A stretch of DNA of 64,000 bases. Origin: Perna viridis (taxonomy: Eukaryota). The position numbers and the translations under genes were made by a program. How positions within the stretch are numbered: position 1 is the first letter of the stretch; each line of letters begins with the position of its first letter. The notes under the pieces were generated by a model. It was not told the DNA's origin. It was given only the letters and a program-made list of their open reading frames with translations, and did not search any database. The DNA lies in the NCBI GenBank assembly GCA_037379345.1, contig CM074521.1, positions 27,118,704 through 27,182,703 of the forward strand, in the 5' to 3' direction. Below are positions 1 to 15,200 of this stretch, piece by piece.

Positions 1-89
1 ATCATTCTTAGATTCAGGCAAAAATAGGCATTACTATTCTTATCAGATTACAATGAAAATTTTTTTGCTGATTTTCATTTTTTTTTCAG

Positions 90-215
90 CCATCCAATGT
101 GAAACCTGTCAGAAGTACAATCCATGTATTTCTGTGTGTCCAAAGAAAACATGTGATAATAGACTTGTCTATGAACAAACCATCAAAGACTGCAAAGAAG
201 AAATGTGCTTTGAAG
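90..215 (+). CDS. Mucin exon 1 (in window): TIL domain N-half ([21 protein letters not shown]...)
   Basis: ttttcag|cc ... GAAG|gtaat; TIL-type Cys spacing. Confidence 0.88.
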
Positions 216-3200
216 GTAATGCAGTCAAACTAAGGTAGCTTGAACTCAAAGGGATAATGTGAAATGTGGTTGAATTATCTGGATTTCAAGAAATTGAAGT
301 TAGAAAATTTCTAGATTTATTTCGTTGCCTGTCTTAGTTTGTCTTGATCATTAGAAATTGAACTTACTACCTACAGAGTTTTTTAGTTCTAGAATATTTT
401 TCATTCTCTTTCAAAAGATAATGTTGATTTGTAAACCATAGAAATACTGTGTTTGTTTTTAAAAAAAAACTTCCAGAGTTCCAGTTTGTGGGTCAGTAAT
501 TTGCTTACATCTTCTTTGATGCTTCCATCATGAGGACTTAGGAACATTCTCAAACTTCAGTCAGTACTATTTATTAAAATCAAACTACCTAGTTAGTGAT
601 ATACTATTTTATTCTTATATAAAATTTCAGGATGTGATCTCAAACCTTGCCCAGAAGGAATGGTCTATGATGGAACAATTCAGCCAATCAAATGTATACC
701 AGAAGCTTTCTGTAACAACACCGCTTGTGTTATTAATGGAAGGAACTATCGTCAAAATGAGCCTATTCTTGATGAGACCATTTGTGATAAGACATGTGAA
801 ATCTGGTAAGTTTTTTTTATAGAGGACAAACATAATGGTAATCTATACAAATTTAACCTTTGACCTTAGAATCACTGAGAGTCTGATTTCAGAAGTGATT
901 AGTTGCTATTTATATGGTGCTGATACATAGGTTTGACATATGGGACAACTCGACCCACAGACAAGTATATGTCAATAAACTTATGATGTGTGACATATCT
1001 TTCAAAGAGACCTCTCTCGCTTATAAGTTCATGATTACACCTGTCTCTTATTACTAAGCAGAATTTATGGTGCAATAGCAAGAATTACAAAAAGTAAAAT
1101 AGCAAAAATGACAATAGTTTTATATAGGAACAATTACAACCTCATAGCAAAAATAACAATAACAAAATACCAACTAAAATATTGCAGATCTACTACAACA
1201 AAACAACTATAAAACCATATAAAAATAATGTTAATATATATTCCAATGTAATATTGCCTTAGGAACACGTCATCAACTACAAACCAACATAAAATCAAGA
1301 CTTTTAATCAGATTTGATTTCCTTCCACTTTAAAGCTGAGTTCTGCTGTTTCAAATCTAGATTTTACTGTATGTTCACTTCTGATTTTGTGAGTTTCGGC
1401 TTTTTGGTTTGGTTTGTAAAATCATGTATGTTATATTTGTATCATGTCCAGACTGAGTAAGTAGAGTGTTGCTACAGGTATCCCTTGTATATTAGTCCTT
1501 GAAACACTTCACAGTTAAATTACCAATTTATCATGCTTAGAACTATTTCAACACTGCCTAAACATGTCACCAAAAACAATTATCATGTTTTCTTGTAAAT
1601 AAGCAATTGAATTGAAATGAAAAGTTAGTTCTGGAATTGTAAATGAGAAGAAATAACTTCAGCAACATGACTTTTATATAAAGGCATTATGGTAAAAAAT
1701 TGAATAAAGTTTGCCCAAAGCTGAACAATACTAATTATGATTTCATTTGCAGTTACTGTGACAATGGAAAAATTATGAGAAATGGTTACTGTAGTACAAC
1801 ACCACCTGTCAGCACATTGAGTCCAAAAGTCATAATGACATTTTCACCATCTCATAGTCAAGCTGGATCTACCATGTCTCCAAGCATTGGAATAACCCAG
1901 GAACCATTTAAAGGAAGTACCATGACTTTTACTGGTATTGGATCCACTTCTTCACCAGGCCAAGTCACAACAAAAGCACCAGGCAAACAGAATGGGGATA
2001 GCTCAACTCCTAGCCCTAGTCTTGGTACTACTCAGGCCCCAATTCGTACAAATACTACTAGTTTTACTGGTATTGGATCCACCTCTTCACCAGGCCAAGT
2101 CACAACAAAAGCACCTAGCAAACAGAATGGGGATAGCTCAACTCCTAGCCCTAGTCTTGGTACTACTCAGGCCCCAATTCGTACAAATACTACTAGTTTT
2201 ACTGGTATTGGATCCACCTCTTCACCAGGCCAAGTCACAACAAAAGCACCTAGCAAACAGAATGGGGATAACTCAACTCCTAATCCTAGTTTGGGGCCAA
2301 CTCAAGCACCTGTTCTAGGTAGTACTGGAAGTATTACTGGTGTAGCTTCTACTGATGTACCTGACTTAGGTACAACACAGTTCCCTCCGAAAGAAACTCA
2401 GGGTGGCTCAACTCAAGGTCCTAGTCTTGGCTCAACACAGGCTCCAGTTAAAGGCAGCACTGCAAGTATTACTGGTACTGGATCTACTGCTGTACCAGGC
2501 AAAGTCACAACAAAAACACCTCCTAAACAAAATGGAGAAGGCCCTACTACTACAAATGCACCTGATCTTCGTTCAACTTTAACCCCAGGTCATGTGACAG
2601 GAAGTATTACTGGTACTGGTTCAACTAATAGTCCAGGTGTGGTCACCACACAGGTTCCCCCTAAACACACACCACAAAATGGTGACGGACATACAGGTCC
2701 TCCAACATTCCCTCCTAAATGCTTGACAAATGGATGGACAGGCTGGATGAGTGCCTCCCATCCATCTCTAACCAACAGCGGTGACATTGAAACGATTTCT
2801 GAACTTCGAAAGAAATATGTATTTTGTGACAGTCATATGTTGACTGCAATTCAGTGTCGTGTTGTTGGCACATCAATTATGTCAGCTGACTCGGGTCAAA
2901 AAGTGACATGTGACTTGAAGGAGGGATTAAGTTGTTTCAAGACTCAACAAGAAAATGAACAAGATTGTTATGACTATGAAGTGCGATATGATTGCGATTG
3001 TGGTAAGTATATCTTTCTGTACCTGAAGCAGTTTGTCAAGCAACTCCTGGGTTTACTATTTTTCTTGATTTTTCCTGATGATGAACAGTTCCTTCTTTTT
3101 TTTTTTTTAATTTTTAATTTCCAGAGAAATGTTTGGTTAGTCCTCATTTGTCATTTTGAACTTTTTCACCCACAAAAAAAATCAGTGTTTTAATCATTTC

Positions 3201-6200
3201 AATGTATAATAAGTGTACCTTTTTATTTGCCTCTAATTTACAAAGTTGCTCACTGATAAAGTACCAGTTTGTTTAAATTGTTAAGAACCTTGAAAAAGTG
3301 TTGATAATGAACAAATCTGATCACGTTTTCCATTTGTAATTATAAGTATATAAGAAAATATTAATTTTATTACCGTACTTCAATTTTTTTTCAGGTCTTA
3401 CAACACTTACTACAGAAATGACTCCAACACCTAGCCCAACAACTTCACCAACTCAGCATCCAGTGAAAACCCTTGGACAAATAACTGGTACTGGAACCCA
3501 GAAACCTCCCATTGGAAGGACCGAGAGTCCAACTCCAGGAACTGGAACCCAAAAACCTCCCGTTGGAAGTACTGAGAGTCCAACTCCAGGAACTGGTACC
3601 CAGAAACCTCCCATTGGAAGTACCGAGACTCCAACTCAAGGAACTGGAACCCAAAAGCCTCCAGTTGGAAGTACCAAGAGTCTTACTACAGGAACTGGAA
3701 CCCAGAAACCTCCCATAGGAAGTACCGAGAGTCCAACTCCAGGAACTGGAACCCAAAAGCCTCCAGTTGGAAGTACTGAGAGTCCAACTCCAGGAACTTC
3801 TAAGGAACAGACAACACAAGGACCATACCTCACACACTCTGGAAGCCCACCACCCTATGTATGTGTAGATGGATGGAGCAAATGGATGAACATAGATAAA
3901 CCAACTGTCAAGAATCCTTGGGAGATCATCAAAACAGGAGACATGGAATTGATGAGTGAATTAAGGTACCACCATAGTTTCTGTGCCAAACCAACAGCTA
4001 TTAAATGTCGCACAGTAGATGATCATAAACCATACACTGAATCGTCTGATGATAAAGTGTCATGTGACCTGATTGATGGTCTTGTATGTTCCAATGCCAA
4101 CCAGGGTGGAAGGACATGTTCTGATTACGAAGTCAGCGTCTACTGTGACTGCGGAGGTAAGTGGTCACTGTTTATTTTTTTAGATTCAGATTTCAGATAT
4201 CATTGGGGGGATGCTCTTTTTTGACATTTTAGTTACTGAAACTGTTTCAGTGAAACACTAACATGTAATTGAATTTTATCATTGCAGAATCCACCCCTAA
4301 AGTACCCCCAGTGGGTTCTACACTAGCTCCAGAACCCTCAACAACCCCAATCCCTGGTGTTCCATATCAACCCACACCATCATGTATGTGGACCCAATGG
4401 ATGAACAGCCACACCAAACTTATTGGCTCAAAGGGTGAATATGAAACCATTAGTAATCTTCGCATGAAATATGCATTCTGTGAGCATCCGGTTAAGATTG
4501 AATGTCGTGACATAGCAAGTAAAATGAGCTATGACAAAGTCAATCAACAAGGTGTGACATGTGACATCAACCGAGGTTTGACATGTGATGATATCAACCA
4601 AAATAGCGGAGCATGTTTAGACTATGAAGTAAGGGTTTATTGTGTAGATAATTGTCCCTCTGTTAGTCCAACACCAGGACCATTCATAACACCAACTGCA
4701 AGTCCAGGAACAGGTGAACATGTATCACCAACTGCCAGTCCAGTAAGCGGTGGTGCAAGCATACCAACTGCCAGTCCAGGAGCAAGTAAACAGGTATCAC
4801 CAACTGCTTCTCCTCCAGCAGAATTGTGTGTTGAGGGATGGACAGATTGGATAAATGCACACAGTCCACTGGGCACAACTGGAGATGTAGAGCAACCAAC
4901 TGATATACCTGGATATCCAGAGACATGTAACGAAGTAATTGCTGCTCAATGTATTGAGGCTAGCTCTGGTGATGATTATAAGAAGACAGGACAGAATGTA
5001 AACTGCAATGTAAAGGGCCTGACATGTATAAATGACAAGACACAGAACTGTATGGATTATAAAGCAAGATTCTATTGTTTGTGTAAGTTTACTTAAGTTT
5101 TAAGAGCCTCTGTTTGATTTCTATTTAGGCCTGGAGTAATTTTACAGTAAAATTTGAAGACTGGAATTCATGTATCATTTATGTGAAAATCATGTGTATA
5201 ACTTTGCCTGTGTAAATGATTCACTGGTCAAATGCTATTATTCTTATTTATGTATATTATCAATACGTGGATCTTATATATCTATATGATTTTTTTATTA
5301 GGTAAGAAGCCAACAGCCAGACCTCCTACAGGTATTTATATAAAACCAACTGCCCATCCAACATCTGACCATCAGGGTATTCCATCATTACATGTCACAC
5401 CATCTAGTGGCACCATTGTATGTGATCATGGTTGGACACAAGAAATGAACACTGACAATCCTAATGATGGGGGCAATGGTGATTATGAAACTATTCCTAA
5501 CTTGAGGAAGAAATATGCATTCTGTGCAGAAGAAAACATTATCACTGCCAGATGCTACAAAGCAGGTACAAATATTACCCATGACCACACTGGAGAGACT
5601 GTTTCCTGTGATAGAACTGGATTGAAGTGCAATAATTGGGAACAGTTGAACCAGTCATCTGGGAAATGCTCTGACTATTCCATTAGATTCTACTGTAATT
5701 GTAAATTCAGTGAGTATGATTTAGTAAATGTTGATATACATAAAGCACACAGGCTTTTCCTGTTTATAGCTAATTTATTTAAATTGATTGTTTTATGTTT
5801 TTATATTATTGAATTCAATATGTGTCATTCACAATGCAGTTACATTCAAGGTTTTTGAAAAAGTCTTATTGTAAACAAACTTATGTTTGCTGATTTTGCC
5901 ACCATAATATAACCATGAAAATAAAATGCTGTGAATAAGTGTCTTTATAATAATAAAACATCTTTATATAGTATTAGATGCGAAATTATATAGCTGCAAA
6001 ATTGTATTGACATACTAAATTGTGAAGATAAGAATCTATAAAAAACAGATTGGTTTACAGTATTTTAATCATTTCTTCTATTTTCCTGCACCCAGATTAG
6101 TTGTATAAACTACATTCCTTATTTATACTTTTAAAATAATCTAGCTACATCAGCCCTTACTTCTCATCCTGTACCAACTAAACCAAGTAAGGATTTCAGT

Positions 6201-9200
6201 GGCCCAACCAAACCATCAACTGACTTCAGTGGCCCAACTAAACCAACAACCAACTTCAGGGTACCAACCAAAACAACTACACCAGTTGGTATGCATTTGA
6301 AGGCCACAACAGGAGAAATATCTGGGACAGGAAAGCCTATAACTGCTATTCCATTGGACTGTAAGTAGTCTTTGTACAGTAGGTGTATTAATTTTTAGGC
6401 ATGTGCTGGTATTTGGCTATTTTCCTGATTGGCAATTAAATAAAAAAAATAGATATTATCCAAGAAATTTATTTTTATCATTATGAAATAGATATTATTT
6501 TCAAAACCTCAATAACAAATAGCAGTACCCACAAATCTGTGCATATAACAGAATCAGGGAAAATCAGCATCTTTACTGTAAAATGTCCATTTGTTCATGT
6601 TAGCAGAGCTGTAATCAGCATTATTACATTCTTGAGGGAAGGCATCACCAACTCTATACAGTTGGAGTACTAATATTCTAAGATAGAAAATATCAGGCAG
6701 TTAGAACAATAAAAAACCCACTAAAGTTGCCAATTAAAAAAATATAGTAGATCTTCGTATCATCATAACTCTAGCTATTCATTTCAAAAACTTGCTGTCT
6801 GGAGTGATCTAATTATCTTGCTGTCTGGAGTGATCTAATTATCTTACTATCTGAAGTGATCTAATTATCTTGCTGTCTGGAGTGATCTAATTATCTTGCT
6901 GTCTGCAGTGATCTGATTATCTTGCTGTCTGGAGTGATCTAATTATCTTGCTGTCTGCAGTGATCTAATTATCTTGCTGTCTGCAGTGATCTAATTATCT
7001 TGCTGTCTGCAGTGATCTAATTATCTTGCTGTGTGGAGTGATCTAATTATCTTGCTGTCTGGAGTGATCTAATTATCTTACTGTCTGAAGTGATCTAATT
7101 ATCTTGCTGTCTGGAGTGATCTAATTATTTTGGTGTCTGGAGTGATCTAATTATCTTGACAATTGTAATTGTTTACTGTGTGAAAATTAATTATGGAGTG
7201 AAAGGAAGTTTTAGAAACTAAGAAAAAGGTCAAGTATTTTTGTTATTTCTTCAGGAAAATTGTGTCAGAAAACTTCTATTTGTAATCTTTTTTTTTAAAA
7301 ATGCTTATTACAGACTGTAAGACAATGCTTGGAGTACAGGATGGATCCATTTTCAGTTATGATATGTTCTCTGCTAGCTCTTCTAAAGGATCTGACTCTG
7401 ATGCTTTCAGGGCTCGCTTGAATGGACCAAGAGCTTGGGAGGCTAGGTAAGGACTAATGGATGATTTGATCCAAAAATTATTGACATAAATAGCAAAGAA
7501 GTACAGTTTCTGAGAACACATTTGGGTATGATTTATATATAAATAGAATGAGAATGGATATGCTAAATATATCAGAGATAATACTGGATGAAAAATGTCA
7601 GCTCAAGACCACCCATGGATCTTCCAAAAATGACAAGGAAACCCTCACGCCACCGAACAGGCTGCAGCTGGCCCCCAAAACAACATTATACTGTAATACA
7701 CTGGTGTATAAATGTATGCATTTCAACAGCTTTTTGTTTGGCGACTTTTAGTTTAGGAGATTAATCATTGAAAAATTGTCAGGTTTTCTAGGCATTTGGC
7801 TCCCCATTTATGTTAAATTAGCTGACCTCCAAAATGTAGTGGCAAATAATCATGTGTTACTCTGATTAGAATCTTTGGTATATCTTCTGCTTTGATATAG
7901 TGATGATGGTGTCTGTCCAATCAAGGGTCCCATATTGTGGTATCCCATTTTAAGCCTATCAAACAACTACTTCCTGTTTAACGAAATCCTCCGTTTCTAT
8001 CTTTGTCTCAGGTTTTCTTTTGTGTTGTACTGTCTGGTTTCACAGGGATAAAATTTTATGATGCTACGATTTTTTTGTTTGTTTTTGTTTTGTTGTTGAT
8101 AGCTAAGGACAGATTTTAATCTTCTTAGAAAAGATTGTTTGAATTTGATACTTTTTTATTCAGATACACTGACAGTTCTTCTGAGTACATCCAGATTGAC
8201 CTTGGTGAGCCGTTGTATACTGCTGGAATCCGTCTTCAGGGTAACCCAAATAAAGACATGTGGGTTACTAAGTACAAGGTTGCTACAAGCTTGGATGGTC
8301 AATCCTGGTCTGTCATCCAGGATAAGAATCTTGGTATCGATGCAGTCTTTGCTGGCAGCAGTGACAGGAATACAGCAGTAGACTCAATGTTTGATGGGTA
8401 CAAAGGCGATAATGAAATCAGGGTCCATTTTATCAGAATAATACCTGTGGAATTCCATGGCGGAATTTCTTTGCGATTTGAAGTTCTATCCTGCAAATCA
8501 CCTTCAAGTATGCATTTGAATTATACAAAGAAATATTTAAACTGTTTATCAAATAGAAATAATAATGCCTTGATCAGACAAACTTATAATCCTTATTTAG
8601 ATTTTTTAACTGATTAATATTCATGTTATATGGCTATAGTTCACATAAAAACTTGATATGTAACATGGTGGGAAAAAATCCATTCAGCTGTCACAATATC
8701 CATTGCTTATCGGAATTTCCACAAAGCAGATAACCATAGCAAGGCTAGTGAGCTCACCGTATTTATAGAATAGTCAAAACTTAAGGTTAAGTTCATCATA
8801 ACCTTCGAACCCTGTGTTCAAAAGACCACACACATATTTAGTAGCAATAAAGAAAGAACACATTGTTAAAATGAAAGGAAGCATTAGGACTATTTAGTTT
8901 TCCAACCATCCAAATGCTATTTTTTATGCTGATTCTTGACATTTTTAGAGTTGCAAATTACTACAACCACCACCCTTAGTCCTGAGCTCACCCCAGGTAC
9001 TGGTATTCAGATGATACCAACAGCCCAGCCATTGTGCTATGAACCAATGGGAATCGAGAACAGCTTGCTGATCAAGGATTCACAACTGACAGGGTCTTCA
9101 CACAGGGACAAAATGACCGGTGCACAATATGGACGTCTGCAGAATGAGTTTGGGTCATGGATTCCAAGGTTAGTAGTTAAGCTGTATGCTAATCATCAAG

Positions 9201-12200
9201 GGAGATAATCCTCTCTTTAGCAGAAGTAGATAATACTGTATATTATTGATTGTTATGGTGTGTTTTATATCTTGGATATATTTTGTTTTATTTTGATTCA
9301 TTTTATATTTAATTGCATTTTTCCAAATATAAAAAAAAATATCTCAATAATCAATTATTTTGAAACACCATTCTGTGTGAGAATTTGGCAATGTGTGGCA
9401 CATCATTTTTCTCAATTTTGTCTTTTTTTCCTCAAATATATTCAGTATATCTAAAAAACAACATAAAAGCTATTTGAATTTATTCTAAAGCATCTGTGAC
9501 ATAGATATTTTCAACTACTTATATTGAGAAAAAGAGTGGGAGATTTTTCCAGTAATTTTTCCATAGCACATTTCAACTAAGTTTGACCTACCAATATCTT
9601 AAAAAGGCAAACCTTACAAACACTTAATGCTTAATTTTGGAGGTTATGATCTATAATTACTTGGATAATGCAAAATAATCTCTGTGTTTATTTTTCTTCA
9701 TGTGCCACATCTTATACACATTTTGCCTGATTAATCTTAGTTCTTAAAAAAAATTGCTTATTCATCTAAAATGACAATTTTTTGAAACTTATACTAGTTT
9801 TCCTATTTGTTGATGACTTTCTTTTAATGACATTAATATCAACATTGTAGCACCACTATTTCATAGTACTTCAACCATTGACTAAAGATTTATAGAAAAA
9901 GTATCCTTAAAAAAAATGTTATTGTCAGCAAGCTATAAGAAGGAGAATACAAAAGTATTAGAACAGTATCTTGCAAAAATTATTTCATTTATCAGAATCA
10001 TTGAAAAAGTTTGTACTAAAGAGAAATGTTCTATAAATAAATAAAATCTTTTCAGCCCAACTGATATGAAACCCTGGATCATTGTTGACATGCTCCAGCC
10101 CAAACTTATATCTGGTATCCTAACTCAGGGAAGTGCAAAGGAAGAAAAGTGGATCACTAAGTTTCACCTTATGTACAGCATTGATGGACTTAACTACCAA
10201 CCTTACAGTCCATTTGGACAACTGAAAGAATTTTCTGGAAATAACGATAAGAATTCAGTTGCTAAGCATATTCTTCCAAGGCCCCTAACAACACGGTTCT
10301 TGAAAATAGTACCAACTGAAGGTGGACCAAATGGCATGGGCCTTAGGTTCAACCTTTTGGGATGTTTCTACTTCATTCCACCATTGCATCATCACACAAC
10401 CTCAATTGTTGGAACTAAAACTGTTTCCACGGTTTCACCTGGTACTGGTGTATTTGGAACACCAACAGCAGCACCAACTCCATTCCCAACAAAGGAACCT
10501 TGTAAGTGATAAGTTTTGTAAGCAATTTATTCCCTCTAATTTCCCAAGCAAAAAAAATGAAAAATTTATTTGTTACTAATTAATCTACTGTGAAAGTGGG
10601 TACCAATTTTTGTGGTTTAGGGGAAAATCTCTTGAATTCATGGATTTGACAACTCATACAAAGAATGGAAAATGCATTTTTGTTGGGAACCAATTCCGTG
10701 GTTAACCAGACCCACGAAATCCACGAAAATTGGTACCCCACGAACAATATTACTTTCACAGTAGTATAATTTAGTTTTTACATGAAGAATTTCCTTTTAC
10801 CTACAAACCTTCCACATGAGACTGTGTCAAGGAGAGAAAATCTCCCACATGGGACTGTAAATGAGAGAAAATCTCCCACATGAGGCTGTATCAATGAGAG
10901 AAAATCTCCCACATTTGACTGTCAATGAGAGAAAATCTCCTACATGAACTGTTTCAAAGGTTAATAATTAATTGCCTAAATTGACCAAATTCTTCAGTTG
11001 GGAAGGGTTAAGTTATAGATAAGTTTCACTAATATGAGTTTAGGCTTTGCTTAAGAGGGATTGAATTATTTGTATTTAAACATTTGACTTAGTTGAAAAT
11101 CCACCATTATTTTGTTATACACGTGCGTATTGCTAATGTCTTGACTAACAGGAATATACAAGACTTTCTATAACACATGCTGTGCTTCTGCATTTAAAGT
11201 TTAACAATCACTTCCTGACTGCATATGCCATTTCTGAATTTCGTCATTTCCTACAGAATGATTTAGGTCAAATCATATTCAGAGCATGTACATTAATAGG
11301 ATGTTCAGAGGCGGGTCCATGTGTGGGTGTAATGGGCATATGCCCCGACTTTTCAAACAAAAAAAACAAAAATCTATTGTAATCTGCTAAATATTGTATT
11401 GAATATTGCAGTTTATCATATTTATTCATTAAACATATCATAATCTGGTTTCGTGTTATACTGATTCTCGTAAATAAACTTCCCCTTCATAAAATCTTGG
11501 ATCCACTCCAGATGATGCTGTTGCTACATCTTTATTAGTCAGTTTCAAATACAATGCAATACAGATTCTGGACTATTGTAGAATAGGGTGAAGGAAAATC
11601 CGTTCTTTTCATAAAATCTGTTGAAAACTTGGAAAATGTAAAATGCCCTACATCTGTTCTAGCCTAAATTTTTAATGATTACAGTGTGTGTGATGAAAAT
11701 GGGTATCGAAAGTTATATGGTTGTTGGCAAACCTCAGCTGACAGTCTCTTCATCCAAAGATAGCTTTACTGGAGCCAACCATGGAAGATTGAATCCTGAA
11801 GAAAAGAAACCAACTGCATGGATTCCATCGTAAGTATTCTGTAATTTTAAAAATTATTGCAAAATGTGACTGAAACTGTGCATTAAAAAATTAGGAACTT
11901 CAATAAGATACTGTTCTCTGGCTCATAATCTAAGAAAATTCTTGACCTCAGAATGAACAGTCACAAAAAAATTGAAACTTTTAATGATCAGAAAGTTTGG
12001 AATCCTTTTCTCATATTACTATTATGAGAAAAACCCTCTAGGAATTGTTGCCAAGGGCCACATTTGGTATTGATTGTAGTTTAACTATATAATGAAAATT
12101 GTCACAAATTCTGAAATTCCTAAACTTACCTCACACTTGATGATAACTATTTTAATGTGTTTTTTTTTTTTGTGTGTTTCCTGTGTCTTCTGAAAAAAAA

Positions 12201-15200
12201 TCATGTGCTTTTCATTGTTTTTGTGGGTTTTTTTTGTTTGTAAAATTAGTAATTACACATTCAAAATATCACAAGGTAGTGAATACATGTAGATGTTAGA
12301 TTCTATACATTGTACTCAATATTTTTAACATTTACAGCCCACAGGACAAGACACCTTATATTCAGGTCAACTTCTTGGAGCCCAAGACCATCACAGGTGT
12401 AATTGTCACAGGACATGGACAACTACCACAGTGGACAAAGACATTTACTGTCCTCACAAGTACAGATGGAAAGAACTTCAAACCCTACAATGACAAGGAA
12501 AATAGCACTGATGCTAAAATATTCCCTGGAAATAAGAACAATACTCAACCAGAAACATATCTGTTCAATCGTAAAATTGTGGCACAGTATGTTAGAATTT
12601 ATCCAGGGGAATACACTGGTGCTCCAGCTATAAGGTTCAATCTTCTTGGCTGTAACCCACCCTTGCCAAGATCAACTCTTCCACCAACTTTGCCACCAGG
12701 TGTCACCACTGTCTCACCATCTGCTCCAAATTACATTAACCCAACTGCAAAACCTAAGCCAGGAGAATACATAGAACCACCAAAGGGTAAGAAATACTGT
12801 AAAATAGATCAATATTTGTGGTTATTTGTTTTCACGGATTCTGTCAGGTGACCATATTTGCAGGTAACAGTTACTGGGATTGTTTATTTTTGTGGTTTCT
12901 GTCAATTGACCATATTTGTGGGTTTCAATTTATGCAGTTGTGTATTATGACGTTTTATATTGTTAAAAACACTCATTTCCTGCATTTATTTGTTCATTGA
13001 CAAAATTGTGAGAGTAAATACATTGCAAAAAAATTATATGTTAAAAGCAATGTGTATTAGAAAATCTTGAGGGTGTTATTTTTTGTCATTTTGTTCAAAC
13101 AATTCACGTGAAATTGAATCTCATGAGGTCTCCAAAATCAGTAATCAGAAAAAAACAAATTCTTTGCAGGAAGGAAACTTTAGTTGTGAATGTAGAGAAA
13201 ATAATCTGCAAGTAAACAAATTGTAGCTCAATTTAATAAAAATGGAATAATTAATGAACTAAAGAATGCATAACAATGTTCATTGATTGATTGAAAAAAT
13301 AAAAATTGATTTCAAAGATTAAAAAGAGAAAAATTTATGAAGACTTTAACAATGTATTATATGAGGAATAGTTAGAAACAGTTGAAACTTATCATTTAAA
13401 ATAACTGTATTTCACACTGTAATATTTGCAGAGTTGTTATGTTTTATCTATATTGCCAATTATGGTAATTGGGATCCTGTCTCATTATTTGCACTACTAA
13501 AAAAATGTTATAATTTCCAAACTTACAGTAATAGAAATAAATATCTTTCTTAAAAAGTTTTCAAAAAAAATAAAATTCAATTTATTGTTCATAATAAAAG
13601 AATATGGATAATGCAAAAAATTGCTCACACATGTACATCCTATAATTTGCAGTATCACATTGTACAGTTGTACCCAACTCTACCATTAAAGGAGTAAAAT
13701 GTGTTTATTACAGTTTGTTTGTTGACGATGGGAGTAGAGAGTTCACTGATTGTTGATAATAGCCAGATTACTGCTTCTTCTCATGAATCCACATCAACAC
13801 CACAAGCTGGTCGACTGTATGGAGAGGGTGCTTGGGTCCCTAAGTAAGTCACCGTTTGATGATATTGTTTTTGATGTTCAAGAAACTTGCTTATTGAACA
13901 CGGAAAACTATCTTATCTAGACATACTCTGAAATCTCATTTAATTATTTCATGGCTTGTTTGGAAGCTTTGTACACCACACTCTTGTATTGACAGAACAG
14001 ACTAAAATGGGTTCATTGTAATATTGGAAATTATAGCAGGAACTTTCATCAGTAATATTATTTTATTTTATGTTTTGCCTCTGTTTCCGACCTCCATTAT
14101 GGTATTGTTAGATTTGCATTACAAATTGACAAGATAATGTGATATCAAAAATATGGTTCGTATTAGATATCTATCTGTGTTGCATATAAGTTGTATACTT
14201 TTTTTCACAGGAAAACTGATACCAAGCCTTGGATTCAAATTGATTTCCTTCAACCCAAACTGTTGTCTGGAGTCATTACCCAAGGTCATGGTCAGTCTCA
14301 AAACTGGGTTAAATCTTACCAAATCTTCACCAGCATTGATGGTAAAACCTTCATCCCATACAACAGACAACCTGGTGACACGACACCCAAGACTTTTAGT
14401 GGAAACACTGATAGTGGAACTCCTATTAGACATCTGTTCAACCGAAATATCACTGCTCAAGTCATCCGTCTTTACCCAGTCGAGTCAAACTTAGGCACTC
14501 CTGCATTGAGATGGAATGTGATTGGTTGTACTCCAGATATACCAAAGCCTCCAGAACAAAAGCAGGGCATACCAACAGCTCATCCAAGTGAAAAACAAGG
14601 CTCACCAGGACATGTGACTGGGTCTGCCACCAATGGACAGACTTCTGGCACAGGGCCACAAATAAGATCAACTGGTGTTCCTTCTACAGATGAAAATATA
14701 ATACCAACACCACAACCATGTTAGTATTATCACAGGGTTCAAATTCTTAAAGTTTTACAAGTTTCTAACCCTGTAATGACATAAAAGAGATTGAGTGTGC
14801 ACTAATTATAAATGTTACAAAATACCAATTTTTGGTTGCGTACATAGTTCGCCAAAAGCATTAAATGTCCATTAAAACTTTCATGCTATAAGGAAAGCCA
14901 AAAAACTACTAACAAAATAACTTTTTTTCAAAATGCGATTTTGTCACTGTCTACAGTACAACAGTGGAATCAGTATGTGAACACCTTCAACAGTGGAGTG
15001 ACTGTGTTCACACCTTAAACAGTGGAGTCACTGTGTTCACACCTTCAGTGGAGGAGTCACTGTGTCAACACCTCCAGTGGAGGATTTAATGTGTTGAAAC
15101 CTTTAGCAGTGGAACCACCATTCAAAAATGTGTCATTTGTTTTATCTTCTTAAATTACTTACTGAAGTCCAGTTTCATAAAAATCCTACTTTGAGGAATT

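Noticed and set aside
1938-3837. Overlapping ORFs over exons 3 and 4
   Set aside because: Alternative-frame readings of coding tandem repeats
6791-7158. Regular repeat array resembling CRISPR
   Set aside because: Head-to-tail units with no unique spacers, no cas genes, and located in a eukaryotic intron
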